Source: an uncultured Bacteroidales bacterium (lineage in GTDB: Bacteria > Bacteroidota > Bacteroidia > Bacteroidales > CAZZDX01). Taken from it: a DNA stretch of 35,551 bases. Positions within the stretch are counted from its first letter, which is position 1. Every line of letters starts with the position of its first letter. Below the pieces are notes generated by a model. The model did not search any database and was not told where the DNA came from. It saw nothing but the letters and a program-made list of their open reading frames with translations. A program made the translations under genes and the position numbers. Of the stretch, positions 7,397 to 18,021 are shown one piece after another. The stretch is from positions 2,178-37,728 of the forward strand of contig CAZOSY010000003.1 in the NCBI GenBank assembly GCA_964582565.1, written 5' to 3'.

Positions 7397-9178
7397 ATGT
7401 CAGGAAAAACATTTGTAGAAAAAATTTTAGGTGCAAAAAAAAACAGTATAGTTTTCAAAAAACCAAATATTGTCTTAACGCATGATAATACGGCAAGTAT
7501 TGAAAAAACATTTAAAAAAATGGGAGGAGATAAAGTTTCTGACCCAAATCAGTTATTAATTGTCTTAGACCATAATGCTCCGCCAACAAATGCGAAATTA
7601 GCAAATCAATATCAGGGAATAAGGAATTTTGTAAAATATCAGGGAATAAAAAAATTCTATGATGCAGGCATGGGAATTTGCCATCAATTGATGGCAAATC
7701 ATGCTGAACCCGGGATGTTGATTGCAGGAAGCGACAGTCATACCTGCACAGCCGGTGCCTTTAATACTTTAGCTGTTGGTATTGACAGAACAGAATCTGC
7801 CGGCTTATGGAAAAGAGAAGAGACATGGTTTCGTGTGCCTGAATCTATTAAAATTACTCTTAAAGGAAAATTAAATAAAGGAGTATATGCAAAAGATATC
7901 TCTCTCTGGATAATCGGTATGCTCGGCTCTGCCGGTGCTAACTATATGTCAATAGAATATCATGGACAAGGAGTAGAAACATTAACTATTGCACAACGAA
8001 TGACTTTAGCTAATCTTGCTTCTGAAATGGGAGCAAAAAATGCTGTGTTTCCTCCTGATAAAGTTTTAGCTAATTATTATGGAAAAGATAAAATTTCCGG
8101 AGTGTGGGCTGACCATGATGCAGAATATTTTAAAGAAATAGATATTAACTTAAATGATATTTTCCCGGTAGTTGCTGCTCCGCATTATGTTGACAATATA
8201 AAAGCTGTGTCAGAAGTTCAGGGCACAAAAGTAAATCAGGGATTTCTTGGAACCTGCACAAATGGTCGTCTCGAAGATTTACTTGTTGCATCCGAAATCC
8301 TTGAGAATAAAAAAATATCTGATGGATTTCAGTTAATTGTAACTCCGGCTTCAAAAGATATATATTTACAAGCTATTGAACAGGGAATAATCTCTAAACT
8401 GATGAAAGCAGGGGCAACAATACTCTCTGCATCTTGCGGACCTTGTCTGGGACTGGGGCAAGGCATTCCTGCTGACGGTTTTAATGTGATTTCTACTGCT
8501 AACAGAAACTTTTTGGGGAGAATGGGTAATAAAAATGCTAATATCTATTTAGCTTCACCGGCTTGTGTTGCTTATTCTGCTATTAAAGGTGAAATAACTG
8601 ACCCAAGAGGAATGCAATATAATGACAAATTTCCTTTTTCTAAAAAACAAACTTCCAGTGTTGAAATAAAAAAAGATGATAATCGTAAAGCAAATGGCAT
8701 CTGGAATTATAAAAATATTGATGACTTGAATACAGACCAGATGTTTGCAGGTAATCTGACATATAATATATTAAGTTCAGATGCAGAAGATATTATGCCT
8801 CATTTATTTAAGGGTTTTGATGAAAATTTTGCAGAAAATCTGCAAAAAAATGATATTATTATAGCAGGCAATAATTTTGGTTGTGGTAGCTCACGCGAAC
8901 ATCCTGCTGTTGGCTTGTCTTATGCAGGTGTTAAAGCTGTTATTGTTAAATCTGTTAATAGAATATTTTTTCGCTCTTCTGTCAATCAGGGCTTGCCTGT
9001 AATTATACTTGCCCAAGCTGTTGAGGCATTTAAACATGGAGATAAAGTAAATATAAATTTTGAAAAAGGTATTATAAATATTAATGATAAAATATTTAAT
9101 TTTGCTCCGCTCCCTGATAAACTAATGGAAATCTTTAAAGCAAAAGGACTGGTAAATTTTATTAAAAAAAACAGGTAA
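7397..9178 (+). CDS. aconitase-family dehydratase, fused LeuC-like large and LeuD-like small subunit (3-isopropylmalate or homoaconitate dehydratase type)
   Basis: 593 aa. The large-subunit motifs are GSDSHTCTAG plus the Fe-S ligand cysteines in GTCTNGR and SCGPCLG. The C-terminal ~170 aa carries the small-subunit motif GNNFGCGSSREH. Substrate cannot be assigned from sequence alone. Confidence 0.8.
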   Translation: MSGKTFVEKILGAKKNSIVFKKPNIVLTHDNTASIEKTFKKMGGDKVSDPNQLLIVLDHNAPPTNAKLANQYQGIRNFVKYQGIKKFYDAGMGICHQLMANHAEPGMLIAGSDSHTCTAGAFNTLAVGIDRTESAGLWKREETWFRVPESIKITLKGKLNKGVYAKDISLWIIGMLGSAGANYMSIEYHGQGVETLTIAQRMTLANLASEMGAKNAVFPPDKVLANYYGKDKISGVWADHDAEYFKEIDINLNDIFPVVAAPHYVDNIKAVSEVQGTKVNQGFLGTCTNGRLEDLLVASEILENKKISDGFQLIVTPASKDIYLQAIEQGIISKLMKAGATILSASCGPCLGLGQGIPADGFNVISTANRNFLGRMGNKNANIYLASPACVAYSAIKGEITDPRGMQYNDKFPFSKKQTSSVEIKKDDNRKANGIWNYKNIDDLNTDQMFAGNLTYNILSSDAEDIMPHLFKGFDENFAENLQKNDIIIAGNNFGCGSSREHPAVGLSYAGVKAVIVKSVNRIFFRSSVNQGLPVIILAQAVEAFKHGDKVNINFEKGIININDKIFNFAPLPDKLMEIFKAKGLVNFIKKNR

Positions 9179-9236
9179 TTTGCAATAACGAATATCCGAA
9201 AATTATGTGGGCAAATTGTATTTTTATAAAATATAA

Positions 9237-9415
9237 AGGGGAGTTCTAATAATTGGTTTTGTATATGAAAGTGAGCGAAAAATATCAGTATGAGGCGGAG
9301 GGTAAAATATTCCGCAGGCATAGCCATAGCTATGGTGAGGAAAGATTTTGCCCGATAACGAAATAATGATATTTTGCAGCCACTTGTAATAAAAAGTAAT
9401 TATTAGAACTCCCCT
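9237..9415. repeat. 179-nt structured element E2 (homolog of E1)
   Basis: Perfect 18-bp inverted arms AGGGGAGTTCTAATAATT (9237-9254) and AATTATTAGAACTCCCCT (9398-9415). Internal pairings are AAAATATCA/TGATATTTT and GCGGA/TCCGC, plus a CATAGC/GCTATG hairpin. Core blocks are shared with E1. Confidence 0.6.
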
Positions 9416-9445
9416 AAAGATATAGAAAAAAATCAATTGCTTAAT

Positions 9446-9675
9446 GGATTCTAACAAAAGATTCCTCACTGCGTTCGGAATGACAGTTAATTGTTTTTAG
9501 GTGGGGAAAGAGAGGCGTTTCGCCTTAAGCGAAACGCCTCTCTTTCCCCATAATATATTAACCAAAATTGTCATTCCGAATGGAGCTAAGCGGAATGAGG
9601 AATCTCAAGCTAAATTAAAATAGGCTAGCTGGTAAAATATTATTTTATGTAGCACCTCAAAATAATATTTAGCCA
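9446..9675. repeat. R-family nested-palindrome element, copy 2
   Basis: Same order and orientation as 7075-7328. The central palindrome at 9502-9550 has 22-bp arms. The right inner segment is shorter than in copy 1. Confidence 0.8.
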
Positions 9676-9762
9676 AAAAAAAGTTACTTTATAAACAAAT
9701 TTTAAACAAGTAATAGTTAAATTGTTGTTGCTATATGCTTGTTCTGTGAGTTATATAAACAA

Positions 9763-11742
<1,980 letters not shown>

Positions 11743-11751
11743 TTAATTCCA

Positions 11752-11759
11752 CAAATTTA
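11752..11759 (-). promoter_or_regulatory. Bacteroidota-type -7 promoter box (TAAATTTG on the minus strand)
   Basis: The plus strand reads CAAATTTA. It lies 31 nt upstream of the gyrB ATG at 11721. Confidence 0.45.
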
Positions 11760-11908
11760 ATAATTATTTTATTATAAAAAACATAAATATTGCATTAAAA
11801 TCACAGATTTATTGACATTTTTTAATATTGTATTAATATAAAAATATAAATATTGTAAAAATGGGACTAACAGGGGAAAGTTGTTACAAAAACAAGAAGC
11901 TAGTCAAT

Positions 11909-11947
11909 AAAAAAACTGTTACTAAAAATTTAGTAACAGTTTTTTTT
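11909..11947 (-). terminator. bidirectional intrinsic terminator downstream of T9SS paralog A
   Basis: Stem ACTGTTACTAAA/TTTAGTAACAGT, flanked by an A-run on one side and a T-run on the other. It lies 22 nt past the stop codon. Confidence 0.75.
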
Positions 11948-11968
11948 ATATAATATTTTGATTTTTAT

Positions 11969-14923
11969 CTATCTGTTAACAATAATTTTGTGAGTATATA
12001 CATCTTCTTTGTTTTGCAATCTGATAAGATAAATGCCGTTATCTAAATTTTCAAGATTTATCTCTTTTGTATTCAGACCTGTATGAGGATAAATATTTTT
12101 CTCTATCAAAGTTTGTCCTAATATGTTCATTACAGATAAATGTATTGGGCTTAAAGAAAGAGAATTGAGTTCTATTTTAACAAATATCTTACCTGTTTTG
12201 GTAGGGTTAGGATAAATATTTATATTTGACTGGTTTGTTAATTCTTTTATATTCACGCCTTCTTCTGTTGTAAAAGAAAATTCAGGACTCCATTCTGATG
12301 TATCACGACTATGTATTGCTCTTACTCGCCAGTAATATGTTTTTAAACGGGCAAGTCCTCCTATACCTCCTATTTCAATGGTATCAATAGAGCTAGTATC
12401 AACAACAGGATTGTTGAAACCTGGTAAAGTATCATATTGTATTTCATAATAGTTTATTCCTGTAATTTCTTCCCATTTTAAACCAGGATTAACCTCTATG
12501 TCTGTTGCTCCATCAGCAGGATAAGTAAGATTAGCTTTATCAATTACAGTAAAATACCATACAGATGTCCAATCACTGGTATTGCTACTATTATATTTTG
12601 CTCTTACCCTCCAGTAATACTTGGTTCCAAATAAAAGTTCGTTGTTAGAAATCTGTACATAAGGCAAATTATCATCGGCAACAGTAAAACTATATTCAAA
12701 ACTATTAAAATCTGCAATAGTATCAATTTCAAAATCATAATTTGGCACACCTGCTATAGAATTGCATCTTAAAAATACATCAGGCATCATATCGTCAGCA
12801 CCATCATAAGGTGCAATAAGTGTTGCATTATTTACTGTTATAAATGTTCTTACTTGAGACCATGCAGATGCATCGCTATTATGTATAGCTCTTACTCTCC
12901 AGTAATATTTTGTTCCAAATAAGGACTGGACAGCAAATGCCTGTGTTTCAGGCAAATCACTGCTAACTGAAATAATGTTATATTGTGAACTGTTAAAATT
13001 ATTTGTAGTATCAACTTCGCAACTATAATATGTTACACCTGTTACAGCATCCCATTTTAATATCAAACTCAATGATTGATTTGTTACACCATCATTTGGA
13101 TAAATTTGATTTAAAGTATCAATAACTGTAAAGCTTCTTGTTAATGACCATGCAGAAGAATCCGTGCTGTTAAGAGCTTTAACTCTCCAAAAATATTTTT
13201 TACCAAATAATAATTCCTGCGTATTTACAGAAGTATTAACTGATATTAATGTATCTGAAAATAAAAATAAAGAGTTTGTATCTAATTCAATCATATAGGA
13301 AGTTGCTCCTGATATTGCAGCCCACTCTAATAATACATCCGGCATTTGGTTTGTTGCTAAATCTTCCGGTGATATTAAATTTGGAGAACCCGGCATTGTA
13401 TCCAAACTGGTAAAAAACCATATTGATGACCATGAACTTGTATCAATATTATGCATGGTTTTTACTCTCCAGTAATACTTGGTTTTAAACAATAGTGTAT
13501 CAAGGTTTATTTGTGATACATTATCAGTATCTGATATAAGAAGCGTACTGTTAAAATTTAAAGAAGTATCTATTTGTGTAATATAATTTGTTATTCCTGT
13601 AATACTATCCCATTTTAATGAAACATCTAACATTTGACCTGTTGCATTATTAACAGGTGAAATCAAACCAACAGTATTAATAACAGTAAAATTTCTTGCT
13701 GTTGACCAGTCAGAAGAATCAGTGCTATTAATGGCTTTAACTCTCCAAAAATATTTTTCAGCAAATAATAGTTCCTGTGTATTTACAGAAGTATTAGTTG
13801 ATGTTAATGTATCTGAAAATTGGAATAAAGAATTTGTATCTATTTCAATCATATAAGAAGTTGCTCCTGATATTGCGGACCATTCTAATAATGTATTTGG
13901 CATTTGGTTTATTGCTAAATCTTCCGGTGATATTAAATTTGGAGCATTTGGCATTGTATCCAAAGTAGTAAATGACCATTTTGGTGACCAAAAAGAAGAA
14001 TCGTTAGTTCCTATAGCTTTCATTCTCCAGTAATATGTTTGTCCAAACAAAAACGTATCAAGAGTTATCTTGCTGTTATTAGACCATATTAAACCTGAAT
14101 CTAAGGATGTTAAATCTATGGGTGTTGGGAAAAATAATATTTTAAGAGGATTAGGAAAAGAATTGTTTGTATCTAATTCTATTTTATATAAATTAATTCC
14201 CAAAACAGGGTCCCAATCTAATAACACATTATTTGGCGACAGTTCTGTTGCTAAATTTTCGGGTAATACTAAATTTGGAGCACTTGGTATTGTATCTATT
14301 GTGGCGAAAGACCATACTGATGACCATAAACTGGTGTCAGCACTATGTCTGGCTCTTATTCTCCAGTAATATTTAGTTCCGTATAACAATTGGCTTGAAC
14401 TCATACCTATAGCAGAACCATTTACAAAGCCAGATATAAGATGCGTGCTGTTAAAATTTATGATAGTATCAATTTGATAATCATAATTTGTTAATCCTGT
14501 AATGCTATACCATGTTAATAATGCATTTGGTAACTGATATTTGGCACCATTATCAGGTAATTCTAAGGCAACGGTATTAATGACAGTAAAATTTCTTACT
14601 GCTGACCAATAAGAAGAATCGCTGTCATCTATAGCTTTAACTCTCCAAAAATACTTTTCACCAAATAAAAGTTCATGAGCATTAACAGTAGTTACTGCTG
14701 ATGTAAGTATTATCGGATTAATGAACAAAGAATTTGTATCTATTTGAATTTTATAATACAATCCAAAGTCGCCTGTTACCGGCTCCCAATTCAGTAATAC
14801 ATTTGGCATTTGGTCAACTGCCGAATTGCTTGGCGACACCAAACTTGGTGTATAAATCCTTGTCTGTGCTAAAATTCCTGAAACAACTAAAACAAACATA
14901 AAAACAAAAAATATTTTTTTCAT
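11969..14923 (-). CDS. T9SS-sorted repetitive surface protein, paralog A (nine FN3-like modules plus C-terminal sorting domain)
   Basis: 984 aa with signal peptide MKKIFFVFMFVLVVSGILAQ. Nine modules of about 93 aa each end in Y[YF]WR[VIM][KR][AT]...D[ST]S.WS...F. The C-terminal ~85 aa (IYPNPTKTG...GIYLIRL...KIIVNR) matches the type A T9SS sorting domain. Confidence 0.85.
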   Translation of the reverse strand: MKKIFFVFMFVLVVSGILAQTRIYTPSLVSPSNSAVDQMPNVLLNWEPVTGDFGLYYKIQIDTNSLFINPIILTSAVTTVNAHELLFGEKYFWRVKAIDDSDSSYWSAVRNFTVINTVALELPDNGAKYQLPNALLTWYSITGLTNYDYQIDTIINFNSTHLISGFVNGSAIGMSSSQLLYGTKYYWRIRARHSADTSLWSSVWSFATIDTIPSAPNLVLPENLATELSPNNVLLDWDPVLGINLYKIELDTNNSFPNPLKILFFPTPIDLTSLDSGLIWSNNSKITLDTFLFGQTYYWRMKAIGTNDSSFWSPKWSFTTLDTMPNAPNLISPEDLAINQMPNTLLEWSAISGATSYMIEIDTNSLFQFSDTLTSTNTSVNTQELLFAEKYFWRVKAINSTDSSDWSTARNFTVINTVGLISPVNNATGQMLDVSLKWDSITGITNYITQIDTSLNFNSTLLISDTDNVSQINLDTLLFKTKYYWRVKTMHNIDTSSWSSIWFFTSLDTMPGSPNLISPEDLATNQMPDVLLEWAAISGATSYMIELDTNSLFLFSDTLISVNTSVNTQELLFGKKYFWRVKALNSTDSSAWSLTRSFTVIDTLNQIYPNDGVTNQSLSLILKWDAVTGVTYYSCEVDTTNNFNSSQYNIISVSSDLPETQAFAVQSLFGTKYYWRVRAIHNSDASAWSQVRTFITVNNATLIAPYDGADDMMPDVFLRCNSIAGVPNYDFEIDTIADFNSFEYSFTVADDNLPYVQISNNELLFGTKYYWRVRAKYNSSNTSDWTSVWYFTVIDKANLTYPADGATDIEVNPGLKWEEITGINYYEIQYDTLPGFNNPVVDTSSIDTIEIGGIGGLARLKTYYWRVRAIHSRDTSEWSPEFSFTTEEGVNIKELTNQSNINIYPNPTKTGKIFVKIELNSLSLSPIHLSVMNILGQTLIEKNIYPHTGLNTKEINLENLDNGIYLIRLQNKEDVYTHKIIVNR

Positions 14924-14969
14924 ATTATTAATTTATTATTAAAAAATATTATTATTCATTTTAGTCAAT

Positions 14970-15008
14970 AAAAAAACTGTTACTAAAAATTTAGTAACAG
15001 TTTTTTTT
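14970..15008 (-). terminator. bidirectional intrinsic terminator downstream of T9SS paralog B (duplicate of 11909-11947)
   Basis: Identical hairpin and flanking runs, offset by exactly 3,061 nt. Confidence 0.75.
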
Positions 15009-15029
15009 ATATAATATTTTGATTTTTAT

Positions 15030-17984
15030 CTATCTGTTAACAATAATTTTGTGAGTATATACATCTTCTTTGTTTTGCAATCTGATAAGATAAATGCCGT
15101 TATCTAAATTTTCAAGATTTATCTCTTTTGTATTCAGACCTGTATGAGGATAAATATTTTTCTCTATCAAAGTTTGTCCTAATATGTTCATTACAGATAA
15201 ATGTATTGGGCTTAAAGAAAGAGAATTGAGTTCTATTTTAACAAATATCTTACCTGTTTTGGTAGGGTTAGGATAAATATTTATATTTGACTGGTTTGTT
15301 AATTCTTTTATATTCACGCCTTCTTCTGTTGTAAAAGAAAATTCAGGACTCCATTCTGATGTATCACGACTATGTATTGCTCTTACTCGCCAGTAATATG
15401 TTTTTAAACGGGCAAGTCCTCCTATACCTCCTATTTCAATGGTATCAATAGAGCTAGTATCAACAACAGGATTGTTGAAACCTGGTAAAGTATCATATTG
15501 TATTTCATAATAGTTTATTCCTGTAATTTCTTCCCATTTTAAACCAGGATTAACCTCTATGTCTGTTGCTCCATCAGCAGGATAAGTAAGATTAGCTTTA
15601 TCAATTACAGTAAAATACCATACAGATGTCCAATCACTGGTATTGCTACTATTATATTTTGCTCTTACCCTCCAGTAATACTTGGTTCCAAATAAAAGTT
15701 CGTTGTTAGAAATCTGTACATAAGGCAAATTATCATCGGCAACAGTAAAACTATATTCAAAACTATTAAAATCTGCAATAGTATCAATTTCAAAATCATA
15801 ATTTGGCACACCTGCTATAGAATTGCATCTTAAAAATACATCAGGCATCATATCGTCAGCACCATCATAAGGTGCAATAAGTGTTGCATTATTTACTGTT
15901 ATAAATGTTCTTACTTGAGACCATGCAGATGCATCGCTATTATGTATAGCTCTTACTCTCCAGTAATATTTTGTTCCAAATAAGGACTGGACAGCAAATG
16001 CCTGTGTTTCAGGCAAATCACTGCTAACTGAAATAATGTTATATTGTGAACTGTTAAAATTATTTGTAGTATCAACTTCGCAACTATAATATGTTACACC
16101 TGTTACAGCATCCCATTTTAATATCAAACTCAATGATTGATTTGTTACACCATCATTTGGATAAATTTGATTTAAAGTATCAATAACTGTAAAGCTTCTT
16201 GTTAATGACCATGCAGAAGAATCCGTGCTGTTAAGAGCTTTAACTCTCCAAAAATATTTTTTACCAAATAATAATTCCTGCGTATTTACAGAAGTATTAA
16301 CTGATATTAATGTATCTGAAAATAAAAATAAAGAGTTTGTATCTAATTCAATCATATAGGAAGTTGCTCCTGATATTGCAGCCCACTCTAATAATACATC
16401 CGGCATTTGGTTTGTTGCTAAATCTTCCGGTGATATTAAATTTGGAGAACCCGGCATTGTATCCAAACTGGTAAAAAACCATATTGATGACCATGAACTT
16501 GTATCAATATTATGCATGGTTTTTACTCTCCAGTAATACTTGGTTTTAAACAATAGTGTATCAAGGTTTATTTGTGATACATTATCAGTATCTGATATAA
16601 GAAGCGTACTGTTAAAATTTAAAGAAGTATCTATTTGTGTAATATAATTTGTTATTCCTGTAATACTATCCCATTTTAATGAAACATCTAACATTTGACC
16701 TGTTGCATTATTAACAGGTGAAATCAAACCAACAGTATTAATAACAGTAAAATTTCTTGCTGTTGACCAGTCAGAAGAATCAGTGCTATTAATGGCTTTA
16801 ACTCTCCAAAAATATTTTTCAGCAAATAATAGTTCCTGTGTATTTACAGAAGTATTAGTTGATGTTAATGTATCTGAAAATTGGAATAAAGAATTTGTAT
16901 CTATTTCAATCATATAAGAAGTTGCTCCTGATATTGCGGACCATTCTAATAATGTATTTGGCATTTGGTTTATTGCTAAATCTTCCGGTGATATTAAATT
17001 TGGAGCATTTGGCATTGTATCCAAAGTAGTAAATGACCATTTTGGTGACCAAAAAGAAGAATCGTTAGTTCCTATAGCTTTCATTCTCCAGTAATATGTT
17101 TGTCCAAACAAAAACGTATCAAGAGTTATCTTGCTGTTATTAGACCATATTAAACCTGAATCTAAGGATGTTAAATCTATGGGTGTTGGGAAAAATAATA
17201 TTTTAAGAGGATTAGGAAAAGAATTGTTTGTATCTAATTCTATTTTATATAAATTAATTCCCAAAACAGGGTCCCAATCTAATAACACATTATTTGGCGA
17301 CAGTTCTGTTGCTAAATTTTCGGGTAATACTAAATTTGGAGCACTTGGTATTGTATCTATTGTGGCGAAAGACCATACTGATGACCATAAACTGGTGTCA
17401 GCACTATGTCTGGCTCTTATTCTCCAGTAATATTTAGTCCCGTATAACAATTGGCTTGAACTCATGCTTGGAGCAGAACTGCTTACAGAGCCAGATATAA
17501 GATAAGTGCTGTTAAAGTTCATAATAGTATCAATTTGATAATCATAATTTGTTAATCCTGTAATACTATGCCATTGTAGTAATACATTTAGTAACTGGCA
17601 TTTGGCACCATTATCAGGTAAATTTAAAGTAACAATATTAATAACAGTAAAATTTCTTACTGCTGACCAATTAGAAGAATCGCTGTCGTCTATAGCTTTA
17701 ACTCTCCAAAAATATTTTTTACCAAATAAAAGTTCATGAGCATTAACAGTAGTTACTGCTGATGTAAGTGTTACCGGGTTGGCAAATGAATCAGTTATAG
17801 CTATTTGAATTTTATAATACAATCCAAAGTCGCCTGTTACCGGCTCCCAGTTCAGTAATGCATTTGGCATTTGGTTAACTGCCGAATTACTTGGCGATAC
17901 CAAACTTGGTGCATAAGTCCTTGTCTGTGCTAAAATTCCTGAAACAACCAAAGCAAATGCGAAAACAAAAAATATTTTTTTCAT
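15030..17984 (-). CDS. T9SS-sorted repetitive surface protein, paralog B
   Basis: 984 aa. Residues 174-984 are identical to paralog A. By my hand count there are about 31 differences within residues 1-173. Confidence 0.85.
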   Translation of the reverse strand: MKKIFFVFAFALVVSGILAQTRTYAPSLVSPSNSAVNQMPNALLNWEPVTGDFGLYYKIQIAITDSFANPVTLTSAVTTVNAHELLFGKKYFWRVKAIDDSDSSNWSAVRNFTVINIVTLNLPDNGAKCQLLNVLLQWHSITGLTNYDYQIDTIMNFNSTYLISGSVSSSAPSMSSSQLLYGTKYYWRIRARHSADTSLWSSVWSFATIDTIPSAPNLVLPENLATELSPNNVLLDWDPVLGINLYKIELDTNNSFPNPLKILFFPTPIDLTSLDSGLIWSNNSKITLDTFLFGQTYYWRMKAIGTNDSSFWSPKWSFTTLDTMPNAPNLISPEDLAINQMPNTLLEWSAISGATSYMIEIDTNSLFQFSDTLTSTNTSVNTQELLFAEKYFWRVKAINSTDSSDWSTARNFTVINTVGLISPVNNATGQMLDVSLKWDSITGITNYITQIDTSLNFNSTLLISDTDNVSQINLDTLLFKTKYYWRVKTMHNIDTSSWSSIWFFTSLDTMPGSPNLISPEDLATNQMPDVLLEWAAISGATSYMIELDTNSLFLFSDTLISVNTSVNTQELLFGKKYFWRVKALNSTDSSAWSLTRSFTVIDTLNQIYPNDGVTNQSLSLILKWDAVTGVTYYSCEVDTTNNFNSSQYNIISVSSDLPETQAFAVQSLFGTKYYWRVRAIHNSDASAWSQVRTFITVNNATLIAPYDGADDMMPDVFLRCNSIAGVPNYDFEIDTIADFNSFEYSFTVADDNLPYVQISNNELLFGTKYYWRVRAKYNSSNTSDWTSVWYFTVIDKANLTYPADGATDIEVNPGLKWEEITGINYYEIQYDTLPGFNNPVVDTSSIDTIEIGGIGGLARLKTYYWRVRAIHSRDTSEWSPEFSFTTEEGVNIKELTNQSNINIYPNPTKTGKIFVKIELNSLSLSPIHLSVMNILGQTLIEKNIYPHTGLNTKEINLENLDNGIYLIRLQNKEDVYTHKIIVNR

Positions 17985-18021
17985 ATTCTTAATTTATTAT
18001 TATAAAAAATTAGAAATTATT

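Noticed and set aside
7512-8354. Antisense ORFs inside the aconitase-family gene (7512-7697, 8145-8354)
   Set aside because: They are nested antisense in a gene with strong family motifs.
5444-9415. E1 and E2 as 6S RNA, SRP RNA or retron msr/msd
   Set aside because: I could not recognise the SRP domain IV motif or a 6S central-bubble layout by eye. There are two copies, and no RT is nearby. I left them unclassified pending a covariance-model search.
8986-9469. Minus-strand ORFs 8986-9327 and 9224-9469
   Set aside because: The first overlaps the end of the aconitase-family gene. Both are read across elements E2 and R2, for example MRNLLLESIK from the GAGGAATC repeat arm. Translations of this kind are typical repeat artefacts.
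7075-9675. CRISPR array
   Set aside because: The repeats are long (more than 200 nt), there are only two copies, and they are separated by a full gene. The palindromes elsewhere are heterogeneous and irregularly spaced.
14070-14369. 99-aa plus-strand ORF, duplicated at 17131-17430
   Set aside because: It is antisense to the T9SS paralogs, and it appears twice only because of the duplication.
14378-17984. Diversity-generating retroelement (template and variable repeat) as the explanation for the paralog differences
   Set aside because: The differences involve all base types rather than adenine-specific substitutions, and they span about 550 nt. No reverse transcriptase gene is present in the window.
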